Source: a virus
Virus record (IMG/VR): IMGVR_UViG_3300018059_000013
Reading direction: 5' to 3' (one strand)
Length of the DNA: 64,000 nucleotides
A model generated the notes under the pieces. It saw nothing but the letters and a program-made list of their open reading frames with translations. It searched no databases and was not told the origin of the DNA. Each line of letters opens with the position of its first letter. Within the stretch, counting starts at the first letter, position 1. Positions 53,496 to 62,678 of this stretch are shown in pieces. The position numbers and the translations under genes were made by a program.

Positions 53496-54030
53496 ATGGA
53501 ATCGCTCCAAAAAAGAGCGAGCAACTCACTGCTCGCATTTCTACACGTCAGATGCACTATTTTTCCTACATTTCCTTGCGAATGTACTACGCGCGCGCCT
53601 GTGTGCGCGCAAGGCGTGAGCTACAAAAGTAGCTCTTAGAGAGAATCCTCATCTAAGTTCCGAGAGCCTCATGGCGGGTCACGTGGTGATTGGATCTTAG
53701 GAAGAATGCATCCTGTTCCAGGGCGTCCTGATGAATTGACGCAATTTTCTCGGGATCGATAGGTTTTTGCAGAAAGAGATCGAGCATCAATGAGAAGTAC
53801 TTCTCATTGATGCTCAAGGGCCCTACCCAAGAGTTCTATTCAGACCTATTTCATCCTCTTGGCGAGAGAGGAGAGCTCACGATTCAGACGTTTCTGACAA
53901 CAGAAACACCCGGAGCCATCGAGTCCCGGACGTAGACAGTTCATCGAAACTGTCGCTCGACGAGTGAAGGAACTTCTGATTCCTTCCCATAGGAACATGA
54001 GAGTCTCTCTGAACGTTAGCTTTCCGAGCC
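53496..54030. other. ~530-bp highly structured non-coding region B
   Basis: Four hairpins plus a 30-nt perfect palindrome GCATCAATGAGAAGTACTTCTCATTGATGC at 53784..53813; the GC hairpin GCGCGCGCCTGTGTGCGCGC followed by CGTGAGCT recurs at 23190..23221. No convincing ORF. Confidence 0.4.
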
Positions 54031-54033
54031 ACA

Positions 54034-54312
54034 TCAGGCAGCTTTCTTGCTCAAAAAGTTGATCGCTTTTTGGCACCCTTCAGAGAGTGTGCGCGCTTCG
54101 ACGAGAATCTGGATCCAACCATCATGATGACGAAGCATACCGTACAGGGAAGAACCCTGGCCGTACATCCGAAACATGAGAGCTTCTCGACCCTTGTTGA
54201 GAATCTCGAGAGCCTCTTCGAGAGTGCGAGCTTCGCAACTACCGTTTCGTCCGGTGCATCGGATCGCAGAAATGGGGGTGATGCCCCTCTCGAGGTCGAC
54301 TTTGACGATCAT
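54034..54312 (-). CDS. hypothetical protein (internal start, ~93 aa)
   Basis: C-terminal part is protein-like. Confidence 0.3.
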   Translation of the reverse strand: MIVKVDLERGITPISAIRCTGRNGSCEARTLEEALEILNKGREALMFRMYGQGSSLYGMLRHHDGWIQILVEARTLSEGCQKAINFLSKKAA

Positions 54313-54403
54313 GGATCGACCGTGACCGTGTAGAAGTCCTTCGTTAGATCTCCCCACGAAGCTGCGAGGAATGTCATCGTACCCAATCGAAATTTCATCG
54401 AAC

Positions 54404-54739
54404 CTATTCTCCTTCTTTCCATGAACAGTGAGACTCTCCTGAATCCGGACACTTCCAGTTCTTTCCCGTCCACTCGCTGTAGTGCCAACCTTGGGCGGGC
54501 CACCATGTCCTGGCATAGAGACGCCCATCGTGTTCCCAGTATTCCTGTTCTCTGTCCATTTCTGCGACTTCGAAAGGATCCATCGAACGAATCTGGTGCT
54601 CTCGAGCAACAGGGAACTTGGAACGAACTGCAATGAGATCGATCTTCTGTGCCATGGGAACATGGGAGGGATTCCAACCCTTCAGATGCGCTTGCCACGG
54701 ATGGCGTGCACCATGTCCAGAACTTGCTTCAACCTTCAA
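54404..54739 (-). CDS. hypothetical W-rich protein (111 aa)
   Basis: ORF only. Confidence 0.3.
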   Translation of the reverse strand: MKVEASSGHGARHPWQAHLKGWNPSHVPMAQKIDLIAVRSKFPVAREHQIRSMDPFEVAEMDREQEYWEHDGRLYARTWWPAQGWHYSEWTGKNWKCPDSGESHCSWKEGE

Positions 54740-55010
54740 CTTGAAGGAACGACGCTTAGGACGTCTGCAGAGGTTCTAATTCTATTGTTAAAAAGAGACT
54801 TACGGACCGTCTCGAATTCGCATTTGCCTCTTCGGTTGATACCGGTGAATAGAAAGGGCTTCGTTGCCCGACAGAACGAGCTGATATTACGAGGGTTTTT
54901 CTTACCCAGTAACCACTCTCAGTGCAAATTCGGACCGAGAATGTTCAGCTCGTTCTGTCGGGAAACCCGAGGGAATCTAATCCCTCGGGATCCCTCACTC
55001 GTTCACTCGT

Positions 55011-55502
55011 TCACGCCGCCTTCGTGGCAGTCTTCTTCGCCGCCGCTGCAGCCTGCTTCGCAGCCTCGCGGCCGTCGCGGTTCTGCTTGAGCCTCTCACC
55101 GGTGGCGGCGATCGTGTCCATCGACGCCGAACCATCCTCGTTCGTCGGGATGAACTCCCAATGCGGCAGGCCGATTCCCTTTGCAGGGACGTCTCCGTAG
55201 GTCGAACCGTCCGACATGACGACGCCGGTGACCTTGCGCGGGGGAAGGTTCTTGCGAACCTCGGCGTGCTGGGTCGCGACCTCGTCGCCGAGGCTCAGCT
55301 CGAGGTCGCCGTCGGGAGCGGTGAGAACCACCGCCGGGGGATACCCACCGTCCTCGACGGACTGGGTCGCGCTGAGGATGTATGCCGTTTGGTCAGGCGC
55401 GAAAGCTCCGCTGCGCTCACGTTCCTGGCAGTGGAACTTCGACGACGTGGGGAGACAGAAAATGCCGACGAGCGACTTGGTGGTGCGATTCTTGCGGATC
55501 AT
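55011..55502 (-). CDS. P-family hypothetical protein, copy 2 (163 aa, A/K-rich C-terminal tail)
   Basis: Paralog of 23900..24367; AGGAG Shine-Dalgarno 8 nt upstream; own promoter instance. Confidence 0.55.
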   Translation of the reverse strand: MIRKNRTTKSLVGIFCLPTSSKFHCQERERSGAFAPDQTAYILSATQSVEDGGYPPAVVLTAPDGDLELSLGDEVATQHAEVRKNLPPRKVTGVVMSDGSTYGDVPAKGIGLPHWEFIPTNEDGSASMDTIAATGERLKQNRDGREAAKQAAAAAKKTATKAA

Positions 55503-55569
55503 GATTGAAACTCCTGATAGATGTGAGATGGTGGGTTTGGAGGAAGTATTTCCTTTTTACCACCTAAGA

Positions 55570-55601
55570 CCATTATAACATTTGACTGAAATTGATTCAT
55601 C
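55570..55601 (-). promoter_or_regulatory. conserved promoter motif, instance 12 (GATGAATC...TGTTATAAT)
   Basis: Reverse complement reads GATGAATCAATTTCAGTCAAATGTTATAATGG. Confidence 0.6.
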
Positions 55602-55612
55602 CTTCCGAGATA

Positions 55613-55861
55613 CTATGTGTCCGATGCGCTCAGGATGGGAACCCAGCACGCATCGACATGGAGGGGATTCTCAGTCACGAGAACTCCTTCGACCAAAAAA
55701 ATGTATTGTTGGCTGCAACTGGTGATTCCCATGAAGAGAGCGATAGCTGGTTTTTGCACGATGTAATAGCACGGGGTTTGCTCATCGAATCGAAAAAATT
55801 TGTGTTCCCACTTTGAGCAAGGGTTCACTTTGAACACTGATCCGATCGAATGATCGATCAT
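55613..55861 (-). CDS. hypothetical small protein, tandem paralog a
   Basis: PAIALFMGITS...IFLVEGVLVTENPLHVD resembles the neighbouring ORF. Confidence 0.35.
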   Translation of the reverse strand: MIDHSIGSVFKVNPCSKWEHKFFRFDEQTPCYYIVQKPAIALFMGITSCSQQYIFLVEGVLVTENPLHVDACWVPILSASDT

Positions 55862-56097
55862 AGTCGTTTCCACGTGTTCAAATGCCTGCACACTTCAGTG
55901 ACGAACACTCCATCTACGAGCAGCAAATACAGAGTGCCCTCTAGAGCGTCGCCAGGCAAGATACCCATGACGAGGGCGATGACCGGCGTCGTGGTGTGGT
56001 AATCTCCGCCGTCGACCCGAAAAAATCCGTGGCCGCTGATAAACGGAGCTCCCTTGAAGATATCCTCTTTTATCACCACGTCGCCGAGCACGAGCAT
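55858..56097 (-). CDS. hypothetical small protein, tandem paralog b
   Basis: PVIALVMGILPGD...YLLLVDGVFVTEV. Confidence 0.35.
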   Translation of the reverse strand: MLVLGDVVIKEDIFKGAPFISGHGFFRVDGGDYHTTTPVIALVMGILPGDALEGTLYLLLVDGVFVTEVCRHLNTWKRL

Positions 56098-56354
56098 CAG
56101 CCGTTGTTCTTGAACGTCGGAAATGCCTGGTCGAACGCTTCCTGCGCCTTCTGGAGCTCTGCCATGCACGCTCCGTACTCGACCCAGTTCTTGGCCTTGA
56201 GAGCCTTCTTCGTCGCAATGGAGAGAGTCTCCGCAAGCCGCATAAACATCACGAGTGGACCTTCCATCGGCGAACGCTTGACGACATTCACCGTGACAGT
56301 GATCGGCTTCTGCTTGGTTGTCGACTTCTTCGTAACCTTCTTCTTCGTTTTCAT
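56097..56354 (-). CDS. hypothetical K-rich protein (85 aa)
   Basis: ORF only. Confidence 0.4.
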   Translation of the reverse strand: MKTKKKVTKKSTTKQKPITVTVNVVKRSPMEGPLVMFMRLAETLSIATKKALKAKNWVEYGACMAELQKAQEAFDQAFPTFKNNG

Positions 56355-57346
56355 GATCGTCTCCTTCTCATTCCGAATACGATCATCGCTACCATCAGGA
56401 TGATCGACGTGATGTTAGTTCTTGCGTGCACCATTCGGCATCCACCGGCATCGATACGACGATCTGGATGTGGAACGGGTCCACTCTCCTCCAGGTTAAA
56501 CGTCGTTCCCGCGAAGAGGAACGCATCCTTGAAGAGCGAATCGAAACCTGCAGTGGTCGTGTAAACATGCCCGAAGTTGTCTGAACATTCTCCGCCGCGC
56601 GAGACGACGCCGATGATCGCTCCTGTAGCTTCGCTGATGGCGGGACCACCGCTATCACCCTGGCACGATCCTACGTCCACCTCGAATTCGTGCTCTCCGA
56701 GGATGAAACCCGTAGAGGTTTTCGTTCGACCTTGTGTTAGGACGCTAACGTTGCCTCGGCGGAATCGACTTCCGATGGGTACATTCTTATCGTTTTTCCC
56801 ATACCCAACTGACAGAACCTTTTCTCCCATAGCAGCAGGAGACTTAAGGCGGACAGCCAACACATCGATATTAGTTATCGGAGTTTCGAGCACGATGATT
56901 GCGATGTCGTGATCGCACAAGTTTTTTCCGTTCGTGGTGAATATCGCAATAGCTCGTGAACGAGGTGGATCGGAAAAGTGGGGAGTCGCACCGGAATAGA
57001 CTCCTATGCTCGTCGGGTCCATGTTTCCCTCCACGTGGTCTCCGTTCAAGCTGTCGCTGTTTTGGTTACAGGCGATTTGGTACGTGATAACTTTCGAAAT
57101 GCAGTGTCTCGCTGTGAGAACGACGTTGGAAGCGATGAGTGTACCTGTACAAAGGCCGAACGTATCACCGTTGATCGTTCGAATAGCGACCACACTCTCG
57201 TTGGAACTCGCGTCGTTATCTTCCATTCCTCCGAAGATGGCGGGTTTCGAAGTGTTTGATCCGATTTGGATGATTTCATTCTCTGAAGATTCGATCGTGC
57301 ATCCCGATAGAATCAGAGAGATAATCGGGATGCACGATCGAATCAT
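56351..57346 (-). CDS. trypsin-like (S1) serine protease lipoprotein with a MYXO-CTERM-like C-terminal sorting tail
   Basis: Lipoprotein signal MIRSCIPIISLILSGC; catalytic triad contexts LTARHC, DIAII, GDSGGP; C-terminal GGCRMV plus TM helix plus RRRR. Confidence 0.75.
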   Translation of the reverse strand: MIRSCIPIISLILSGCTIESSENEIIQIGSNTSKPAIFGGMEDNDASSNESVVAIRTINGDTFGLCTGTLIASNVVLTARHCISKVITYQIACNQNSDSLNGDHVEGNMDPTSIGVYSGATPHFSDPPRSRAIAIFTTNGKNLCDHDIAIIVLETPITNIDVLAVRLKSPAAMGEKVLSVGYGKNDKNVPIGSRFRRGNVSVLTQGRTKTSTGFILGEHEFEVDVGSCQGDSGGPAISEATGAIIGVVSRGGECSDNFGHVYTTTAGFDSLFKDAFLFAGTTFNLEESGPVPHPDRRIDAGGCRMVHARTNITSIILMVAMIVFGMRRRRS

Positions 57347-57606
57347 TTCGTTACCGGGATGTTTTTGGTTCGCTTTACCGGTTGTTTCGGAATGACGATG
57401 ATTGTCTCTTGGACAAGCTCAATCCGCTCCTCATCGAGCAATTCGATGTACGCTGGCTCGTGGTGCAACATCAGCTGTTCCGGCTGGCGTGTGGGAACGA
57501 CGGCGGGGTCAACCTTCCGCATCTCCTGGCGGTCAGCTCTCGAATTGACGCAGGCCTCGATGGTAAGGACGCTGAGGAGAACACAAAATGGAATTGCTCT
57601 GGTCAA
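57343..57606 (-). CDS. secreted small protein (signal peptide) upstream of the protease
   Basis: MTRAIPFCVLLSVLTIEAC. Confidence 0.4.
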   Translation of the reverse strand: MTRAIPFCVLLSVLTIEACVNSRADRQEMRKVDPAVVPTRQPEQLMLHHEPAYIELLDEERIELVQETIIVIPKQPVKRTKNIPVTK

Positions 57607-57681
57607 GATGACTCCGGTTCTTTAGATACGAGATAGAGATAGAATTTGTGGATGGGAGAAATTTCCCATTTGAACGAGAGT

Positions 57682-57915
57682 TCAGTTCGGTTGTGCCCAT
57701 TTAGGGCGTTTGGCGATCCAGACTCTCGAATGAGAATTCCAGAAGAGAGTTTTTTCCGGCTCATTCTTGAACATCAAGATGTTCGCTCTCACGTCGACTG
57801 CCAAGTGAACAGAATCGTCGGGAGAAAAAAACGACTTCTTCTTCCTTTCGAGAGCTTCAATTGCACCAGGATAGAGCGTCTTCGCTCCCTCGACGGATAT
57901 TTGTCCTATGAGCAT
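57682..57915 (-). CDS. hypothetical small protein (77 aa)
   Basis: ORF only. Confidence 0.35.
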   Translation of the reverse strand: MLIGQISVEGAKTLYPGAIEALERKKKSFFSPDDSVHLAVDVRANILMFKNEPEKTLFWNSHSRVWIAKRPKWAQPN

Positions 57916-57936
57916 CGTCGTAGGACCCTCATCCTA

Positions 57937-58230
57937 CTAAACCGGATCGTTACCTGCCTTCTTTTTCTCGGCTTCAGCCTTCGCGATGAGCTTTGCCATC
58001 TGCTTCATCCGACGAGCTTCTTCCTTCGAAGTGTTCACACCCTTACGAATGCTTCCTCCGGCGGAGAAGTTGGGAGAGACGTACGGGGTGTAGTGATTGT
58101 GTTTCGCTCGCCCGGCAGTTTCGGGCCTCGGCTCCGAACGTGGTTCGGGCATCTCGGGCATCAGGTCCGTAGAGGCTCCCATTGCAAGGGCCATCGAAGC
58201 GAGCATCATCAGCGGCATTCGTCGATTCAT
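57937..58230 (-). CDS. secreted protein (~97 aa, signal peptide, K-rich C-terminus)
   Basis: ATG at 58230 preceded by GGAGG; MNRRMPLMMLASMALAMGAS signal peptide; downstream of promoter 58280..58309. Confidence 0.45.
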   Translation of the reverse strand: MNRRMPLMMLASMALAMGASTDLMPEMPEPRSEPRPETAGRAKHNHYTPYVSPNFSAGGSIRKGVNTSKEEARRMKQMAKLIAKAEAEKKKAGNDPV

Positions 58231-58279
58231 GAATCCTCCTCGGGCGTTTCGTTGGAGGTTGAAAACCTCCATTTAGTAA

Positions 58280-58309
58280 ATTTTACCATAGGACGGACAT
58301 TCATTCATC
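58280..58309 (-). promoter_or_regulatory. conserved promoter motif, instance 13 (GATGAATG...TGGTAAAAT)
   Basis: Reverse complement reads GATGAATGAATGTCCGTCCTATGGTAAAATTTAC. Confidence 0.55.
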
Positions 58310-58332
58310 CCATGAGAAATTCTCTGCATCGA

Positions 58333-58656
58333 TCAGAACTTCGGAGTTAGCGAGGCCGAACGAATTTCGCACACTTTCTTTGTCTTGACGAAGATGATCT
58401 TGTTATCTCGTTCGTTCTTCTCATCGAATATGAGAACGGCCCTCTCAGAATTTGCCGTTTCCCAGCAGTTCTTTGTGACGACTAAGCCGGTGTAGTCTCG
58501 ACTGCCAACACGGGCTTTTATCGAGTACACGTTCGACTCCACACGGGTCACCTCTCCGATGTAGACCTGCGGTCCGATGAGAAGGAAGATGATGAGGAAC
58601 TTCACTTGTTCACCGGTTTGATCTGTCCTGAAGAGACGTTGCATTCGTACGAACAC
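58333..58656 (-). CDS. hypothetical protein (107 aa)
   Basis: ORF only. Confidence 0.4.
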   Translation of the reverse strand: MFVRMQRLFRTDQTGEQVKFLIIFLLIGPQVYIGEVTRVESNVYSIKARVGSRDYTGLVVTKNCWETANSERAVLIFDEKNERDNKIIFVKTKKVCEIRSASLTPKF

Positions 58657-58814
58657 ACGGGTTTCATGTTCGTGATGACGTCACACAACGCAGAATACTC
58701 GGACTGAACGAACTCTTTCTTGCAGCCGGTGCACAAGACCTTTCGTGTGCGATGTCCGAGTTTGCCGCTCCATCCGTCCTTGTCTACTTGAACTTCTTTC
58801 CGTCCCACACCCAT
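58602..58814 (-). CDS. small zinc-ribbon protein (70 aa)
   Basis: CTGCKKEF...CSYEC. Confidence 0.35.
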   Translation of the reverse strand: MGVGRKEVQVDKDGWSGKLGHRTRKVLCTGCKKEFVQSEYSALCDVITNMKPVCSYECNVSSGQIKPVNK

Positions 58815-59083
58815 GATAGCTTCATCCCCTTCTTGAGATAATGTGGTTGATCAGCGGAGACGTAGAACTTTCCATCATCTTCGTCGAAGTTGTACACCCA
58901 GCTTGCGAATCCCTCATCATCCTTGAACGTCTTCGGTGGAAAGACAAGCACCTTCTTATTCAGAAGGTACAGACCCTTCATGACACCGGGCAGGAAGTCC
59001 TCGACATCGTAGTTGCCGAGTAAGTCTTCGTTGATGAGCTCGATCAAGTTCGACGGGGCAACAAGAGGGTACGTCTTCTTCAT
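58784..59083 (-). CDS. hypothetical protein (99 aa)
   Basis: ORF only. Confidence 0.45.
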   Translation of the reverse strand: MKKTYPLVAPSNLIELINEDLLGNYDVEDFLPGVMKGLYLLNKKVLVFPPKTFKDDEGFASWVYNFDEDDGKFYVSADQPHYLKKGMKLSWVWDGKKFK

Positions 59084-59084
59084 G

Positions 59085-59250
59085 CTACTTCGAACTTCTC
59101 CATAGCTTCACCGAAATGACCTCGAACTTATCGTTGTCCTTCTCGATGAATTCGATCTTCTGTACGAGTTCTGTCCACGATTCTGCATGGAGAAAGTGTT
59201 TCGCCTTGGGGCCCTTATTGATTTCGACTTCGATTTCGAACTTCATTGGA
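59085..59250 (-). CDS. 55-aa hypothetical protein (below the track cutoff)
   Basis: MKFEIEVEINKGPKAKHFLHAESWTELVQKIEFIEKDNDKFEVISVKLWRSSK; AGGAAG Shine-Dalgarno; downstream of promoter 59316..59345. Confidence 0.35.
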
Positions 59251-59315
59251 GGATCTTCCTGGTGCGGACGACCTCTTTCGTTTGTTTCACGTCCCCGACC
59301 TCCACTCCTAATTGA

Positions 59316-59345
59316 ATTATACCATAGGACAGAAACCGGTTCATC
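59316..59345 (-). promoter_or_regulatory. conserved promoter motif, instance 14 (GATGAACC...TGGTATAAT)
   Basis: Reverse complement reads GATGAACCGGTTTCTGTCCTATGGTATAATTCAATTAGG. Confidence 0.6.
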
Positions 59346-59354
59346 ACATCGATA

Positions 59355-59585
59355 TCAAGTGATCTTTACTAGTTTCGATACGTTGAAACGCATGAGCTCT
59401 GCGCCTCGCTCGCATACGACGATCTCATCGTTCACAACAAGATAGATGATATTGAGAAACTTCTCACGTAGAGCATTCAGGGCAACGGCTTGTTCTTTTG
59501 TGAGTCGATTCTCTGAATCCATGAGACCCTCAAATTCGAGTTGCGAACACCACATACGACGATCGACAAGAAGCACCGCGATCAT
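59355..59585 (-). CDS. hypothetical small protein (76 aa)
   Basis: ORF only. Confidence 0.35.
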   Translation of the reverse strand: MIAVLLVDRRMWCSQLEFEGLMDSENRLTKEQAVALNALREKFLNIIYLVVNDEIVVCERGAELMRFNVSKLVKIT

Positions 59586-60024
59586 CGATGACGTTGATAG
59601 AGCTAAGTCCCCGACCCCTTGAACCGTCCTCTTCCCATGTCATCCATCCTCGGTAGCTCTTCGTTAGGACAGAAGTTCTGCATGTCAGATCGATGAAGAC
59701 CGTGCATCCGTTCATGATCATCGCCGGACCGACAGTGCAGACTTCTAAGGAATGGACGTCGTCTGTGGATACTTCACCGTTCGGACCGATCGTGAGCATT
59801 TCATCCTTGACGAAGGAGCTGCACTTCGGTTCCGACCTATTTTCCACGTCGGCGACCTCGGTACGGTGGAAGAAGTACTGAGAGTTGCGGGTCACACAAG
59901 AGATGGCTCTACCTGCTTCACCCGGTCCCATGGGTGGAGGAACATATCTCGGAGAGGGCGTCGATGGACCGGCGACCGTGCATGCGAACAATCCGAAGAG
60001 AGGAAGCAGGAGAAATTTCTTCAT
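59530..60024 (-). CDS. lipoprotein (164 aa)
   Basis: MKKFLLLPLFGLFAC lipobox. Confidence 0.45.
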   Translation of the reverse strand: MKKFLLLPLFGLFACTVAGPSTPSPRYVPPPMGPGEAGRAISCVTRNSQYFFHRTEVADVENRSEPKCSSFVKDEMLTIGPNGEVSTDDVHSLEVCTVGPAMIMNGCTVFIDLTCRTSVLTKSYRGWMTWEEDGSRGRGLSSINVIDDRGASCRSSYVVFATRI

Positions 60025-60057
60025 TCTGCATTCTAATCCATCGAACGTTCTTTTACA

Positions 60058-61614
60058 TCACTTGAAACGCATGCATCGTCCGCCGACCAGAGCGCTCTTC
60101 GCTTCAGGGCGTTGAACTCTCAGAATCGTTTCTCCCGGCATGTACTGCACGTTAAGATCGGAACGGGAGCTGCCATAGCCGATACCTCGACCTTTCAGTG
60201 CGAAGAGTCCGTTGGAAAGATCCAGGGTGGTTTCGCTGAGGTTGCCAGCGAGATCCATCCAGACCTCCGCTCCAACGGAGACACGATCTGCAACCACCCT
60301 TCCGGGTGCTGCGATCTGCCAGGACTTGTCGCTGTTCGAAGCTCCGAGATTTGGGTAGTGGTAGTTGTGCTGGTTGAGAAAGCTCCCAATAGTGGGTAGC
60401 ACGTCTCCCGCATCGAATGTCGCATTGATCACGTTGACATCGGCGCATCGACCTCCCGACTGGACAGTTCCGTCAAGGATATCTCCGAGAAGAGCTCCAT
60501 GGTTGTCGTACTGCGAGCCACACCCGGAGACCGAGTTCGGACGGTTCGGGCTTGCTGTCACGAAGTCTACCACCTCGGAGGTCGCGAGCTGTCCACCATC
60601 CCAGTGGCAGAAGGCTGCGAGCATGGCGTTGGTGACGCAGTTCATCGACTTGACATCGAGAAATTCCTGCGCAGGGATGACCTTACCACTCGAGTCCAGA
60701 GCGTCAGCTCTCGGGACCTCGCCGTTCTTTGTTTGGACGTTCGCAGGGTAGTAGTACGTTGGGAATCCGTACGCGGTGGTATAGGTGCCACAGTTGTTGC
60801 CGTGGAGGTCGGCGAAGACCTGCCCACCGAACTGATGGTTGAGCCCGACGCTGACGTTTTGATCGTTCGTCGGAGGAAGGATGACACCCGGACCCGCTTG
60901 CTCTTGGGTCTGCCCATCGTGCCGAGGATCTCCTAGAAGGAGCCGGGGGATCGTGATGCTCCCACCCTCGTAGTCAGAGGGCAGGTAGTTGTTCCAGTTG
61001 GAGTTCCAGTACGTCGGCTTGTTGAAGTTGATCCATGACTTGATGTCGGGCTTGTTAGACATCTGCTGGGTGATGTCAGCGATGAAGGCTCTGATTCGTC
61101 CTGCAGTCACCTCGTACTTGTCGAGGTATGTTATCTTACCGGGATGGTTCGGGTCATTGTAGCCTGGCACCGGGAGGCTCCGGCAACAGCTTTCGTGGGC
61201 TGTTCCGGACTCACCGACCTCACCTCTTCCACAGGTGTCTCCGCCGAGGTGATTGAGGCAGCTCTTCTGGTCTGCGGGAAGACAGATGCCCTGGTATCCG
61301 CACGCGTGGGTCGCGCAGTCGGAGCGCTGGACGCAACTCTGACCGATTGGACACTGCACGAAGGCGAGACCCCCACAGTCGACGCCGGTCTCACCCGCAT
61401 TCTTGATCCCATCCGAGTGGGTCTCTCCCGGAGGGAACGCGTCTGACATGGGAGCATCCGAACCTGCATCCGGGATCGATCCATCCTCACCGGGAAGAGG
61501 GTCTGCATCTTCGTTCGGGATCGGAGTGTCGGGTTTCGGTGTCGTGTCGACGGAGACGTTGCATGCGAGCAAACCACTCGCTGCGAGCAGGAAAAAAATC
61601 GTCCGCTTCTTCAC
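60058..61614 (-). CDS. FGE-sulfatase (SUMF1/EgtB/PvdO-like) domain lipoprotein (518 aa)
   Basis: Lipoprotein signal MKKRTIFFLLAASGLLAC; C-terminal GYGSSRSD...ALVGGRCMRF resembles the FGE-domain end motif. Confidence 0.65.
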   Translation of the reverse strand: MKKRTIFFLLAASGLLACNVSVDTTPKPDTPIPNEDADPLPGEDGSIPDAGSDAPMSDAFPPGETHSDGIKNAGETGVDCGGLAFVQCPIGQSCVQRSDCATHACGYQGICLPADQKSCLNHLGGDTCGRGEVGESGTAHESCCRSLPVPGYNDPNHPGKITYLDKYEVTAGRIRAFIADITQQMSNKPDIKSWINFNKPTYWNSNWNNYLPSDYEGGSITIPRLLLGDPRHDGQTQEQAGPGVILPPTNDQNVSVGLNHQFGGQVFADLHGNNCGTYTTAYGFPTYYYPANVQTKNGEVPRADALDSSGKVIPAQEFLDVKSMNCVTNAMLAAFCHWDGGQLATSEVVDFVTASPNRPNSVSGCGSQYDNHGALLGDILDGTVQSGGRCADVNVINATFDAGDVLPTIGSFLNQHNYHYPNLGASNSDKSWQIAAPGRVVADRVSVGAEVWMDLAGNLSETTLDLSNGLFALKGRGIGYGSSRSDLNVQYMPGETILRVQRPEAKSALVGGRCMRFK

Positions 61615-61631
61615 AGTGACCTCGATTCAGA

Positions 61632-62678
61632 TTAGTTGACCACGCAGGGAAGAGTGGGACCGAAGACAACGAATGCACCACCAACCGAAGGAGCTGCATG
61701 CATGTTGACTTGATTCGTTCCCTTGTTGATTTCGAAGAGAAACGCTCCGTTACCTGCAACGGGATTGGGAGGAAGGACTTGAACAGGGGCAAACGCTCCA
61801 TTGGGAGCTCCGACCGGAAATACGGCCGAACCTTGTCCGAGTTGGCCATTCATATTGTTGATATCAGCTGTTGCCGTACCAGCTCCCAAAGCCGTAACAA
61901 CTAGATGATAGTTGTATGTGATTCCTGCTTGCGAAGCAGTGCACGTAAACGACACGGGAGCAGGAATGCAGACGTTGTTTGTACAACTCCACCCTTTTCC
62001 GAGCCATCCATCGGAGCAAGCTGTGGGTCCAGCAACGTCGCAATTAGGAACTCTAAGCGACCCACAATTATCGGTAAGACCCGGTGCAGCGAGCACCCCA
62101 CAGTTCTTCCCTGTTCTTGCGCAAAAAGTTGCGTCTGCTTCTGGAACACAAACCGGTGCGGCACACACGTTCTCCGGTGAGCATGTTGCGGGAAGAATGC
62201 AAACTCCGCAATCAGGAATTGTTCTGGGTTTTCCGCAGTTGTCAAACAGAACTGACACTGAACCACACTGCTTGCCGAGCTTGCTGCACAGAACTACGTT
62301 GGTGTCGGGAACACAGTCGACAGGAGCATCTTTGCAGGTGTTGATGCTGCAGATTTCCTTGTTCCCGCAGACACCGCACACCTGCACGCTTCGAAGCTCT
62401 CCGCAGTTGTCGGTGGCAGAGAACTGCCCGCACTGCTTTCCGTTGCGTCCGCAGAAAGATGCGTTGTCTTCGGGGACGCAGCTGGGGGGCTGGAACACGT
62501 CGGGCTGGTCGGAATCCGATCCGACGTCCGGAACGCTCGCATCGACGTTAGGGGTGGGCTTCGGAGCAGGCGGAGGAATGTCTCCTTGCACCTGTTGCGG
62601 GTTCGCTCCCGAACAGGCGACGATCACCAGCGTGCCGAGAACCGTGAGAGGAAGAAGACGCGCGAGCGACAGTTTCAT
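61632..62678 (-). CDS. lipoprotein with three ~45-aa Cys-rich repeats
   Basis: Lipobox LVIVAC; repeats C.P(E/D).(N/T/A)..FC.R.GK.CG......DNCG..R...C..C. Confidence 0.6.
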   Translation of the reverse strand: MKLSLARLLPLTVLGTLVIVACSGANPQQVQGDIPPPAPKPTPNVDASVPDVGSDSDQPDVFQPPSCVPEDNASFCGRNGKQCGQFSATDNCGELRSVQVCGVCGNKEICSINTCKDAPVDCVPDTNVVLCSKLGKQCGSVSVLFDNCGKPRTIPDCGVCILPATCSPENVCAAPVCVPEADATFCARTGKNCGVLAAPGLTDNCGSLRVPNCDVAGPTACSDGWLGKGWSCTNNVCIPAPVSFTCTASQAGITYNYHLVVTALGAGTATADINNMNGQLGQGSAVFPVGAPNGAFAPVQVLPPNPVAGNGAFLFEINKGTNQVNMHAAPSVGGAFVVFGPTLPCVVN

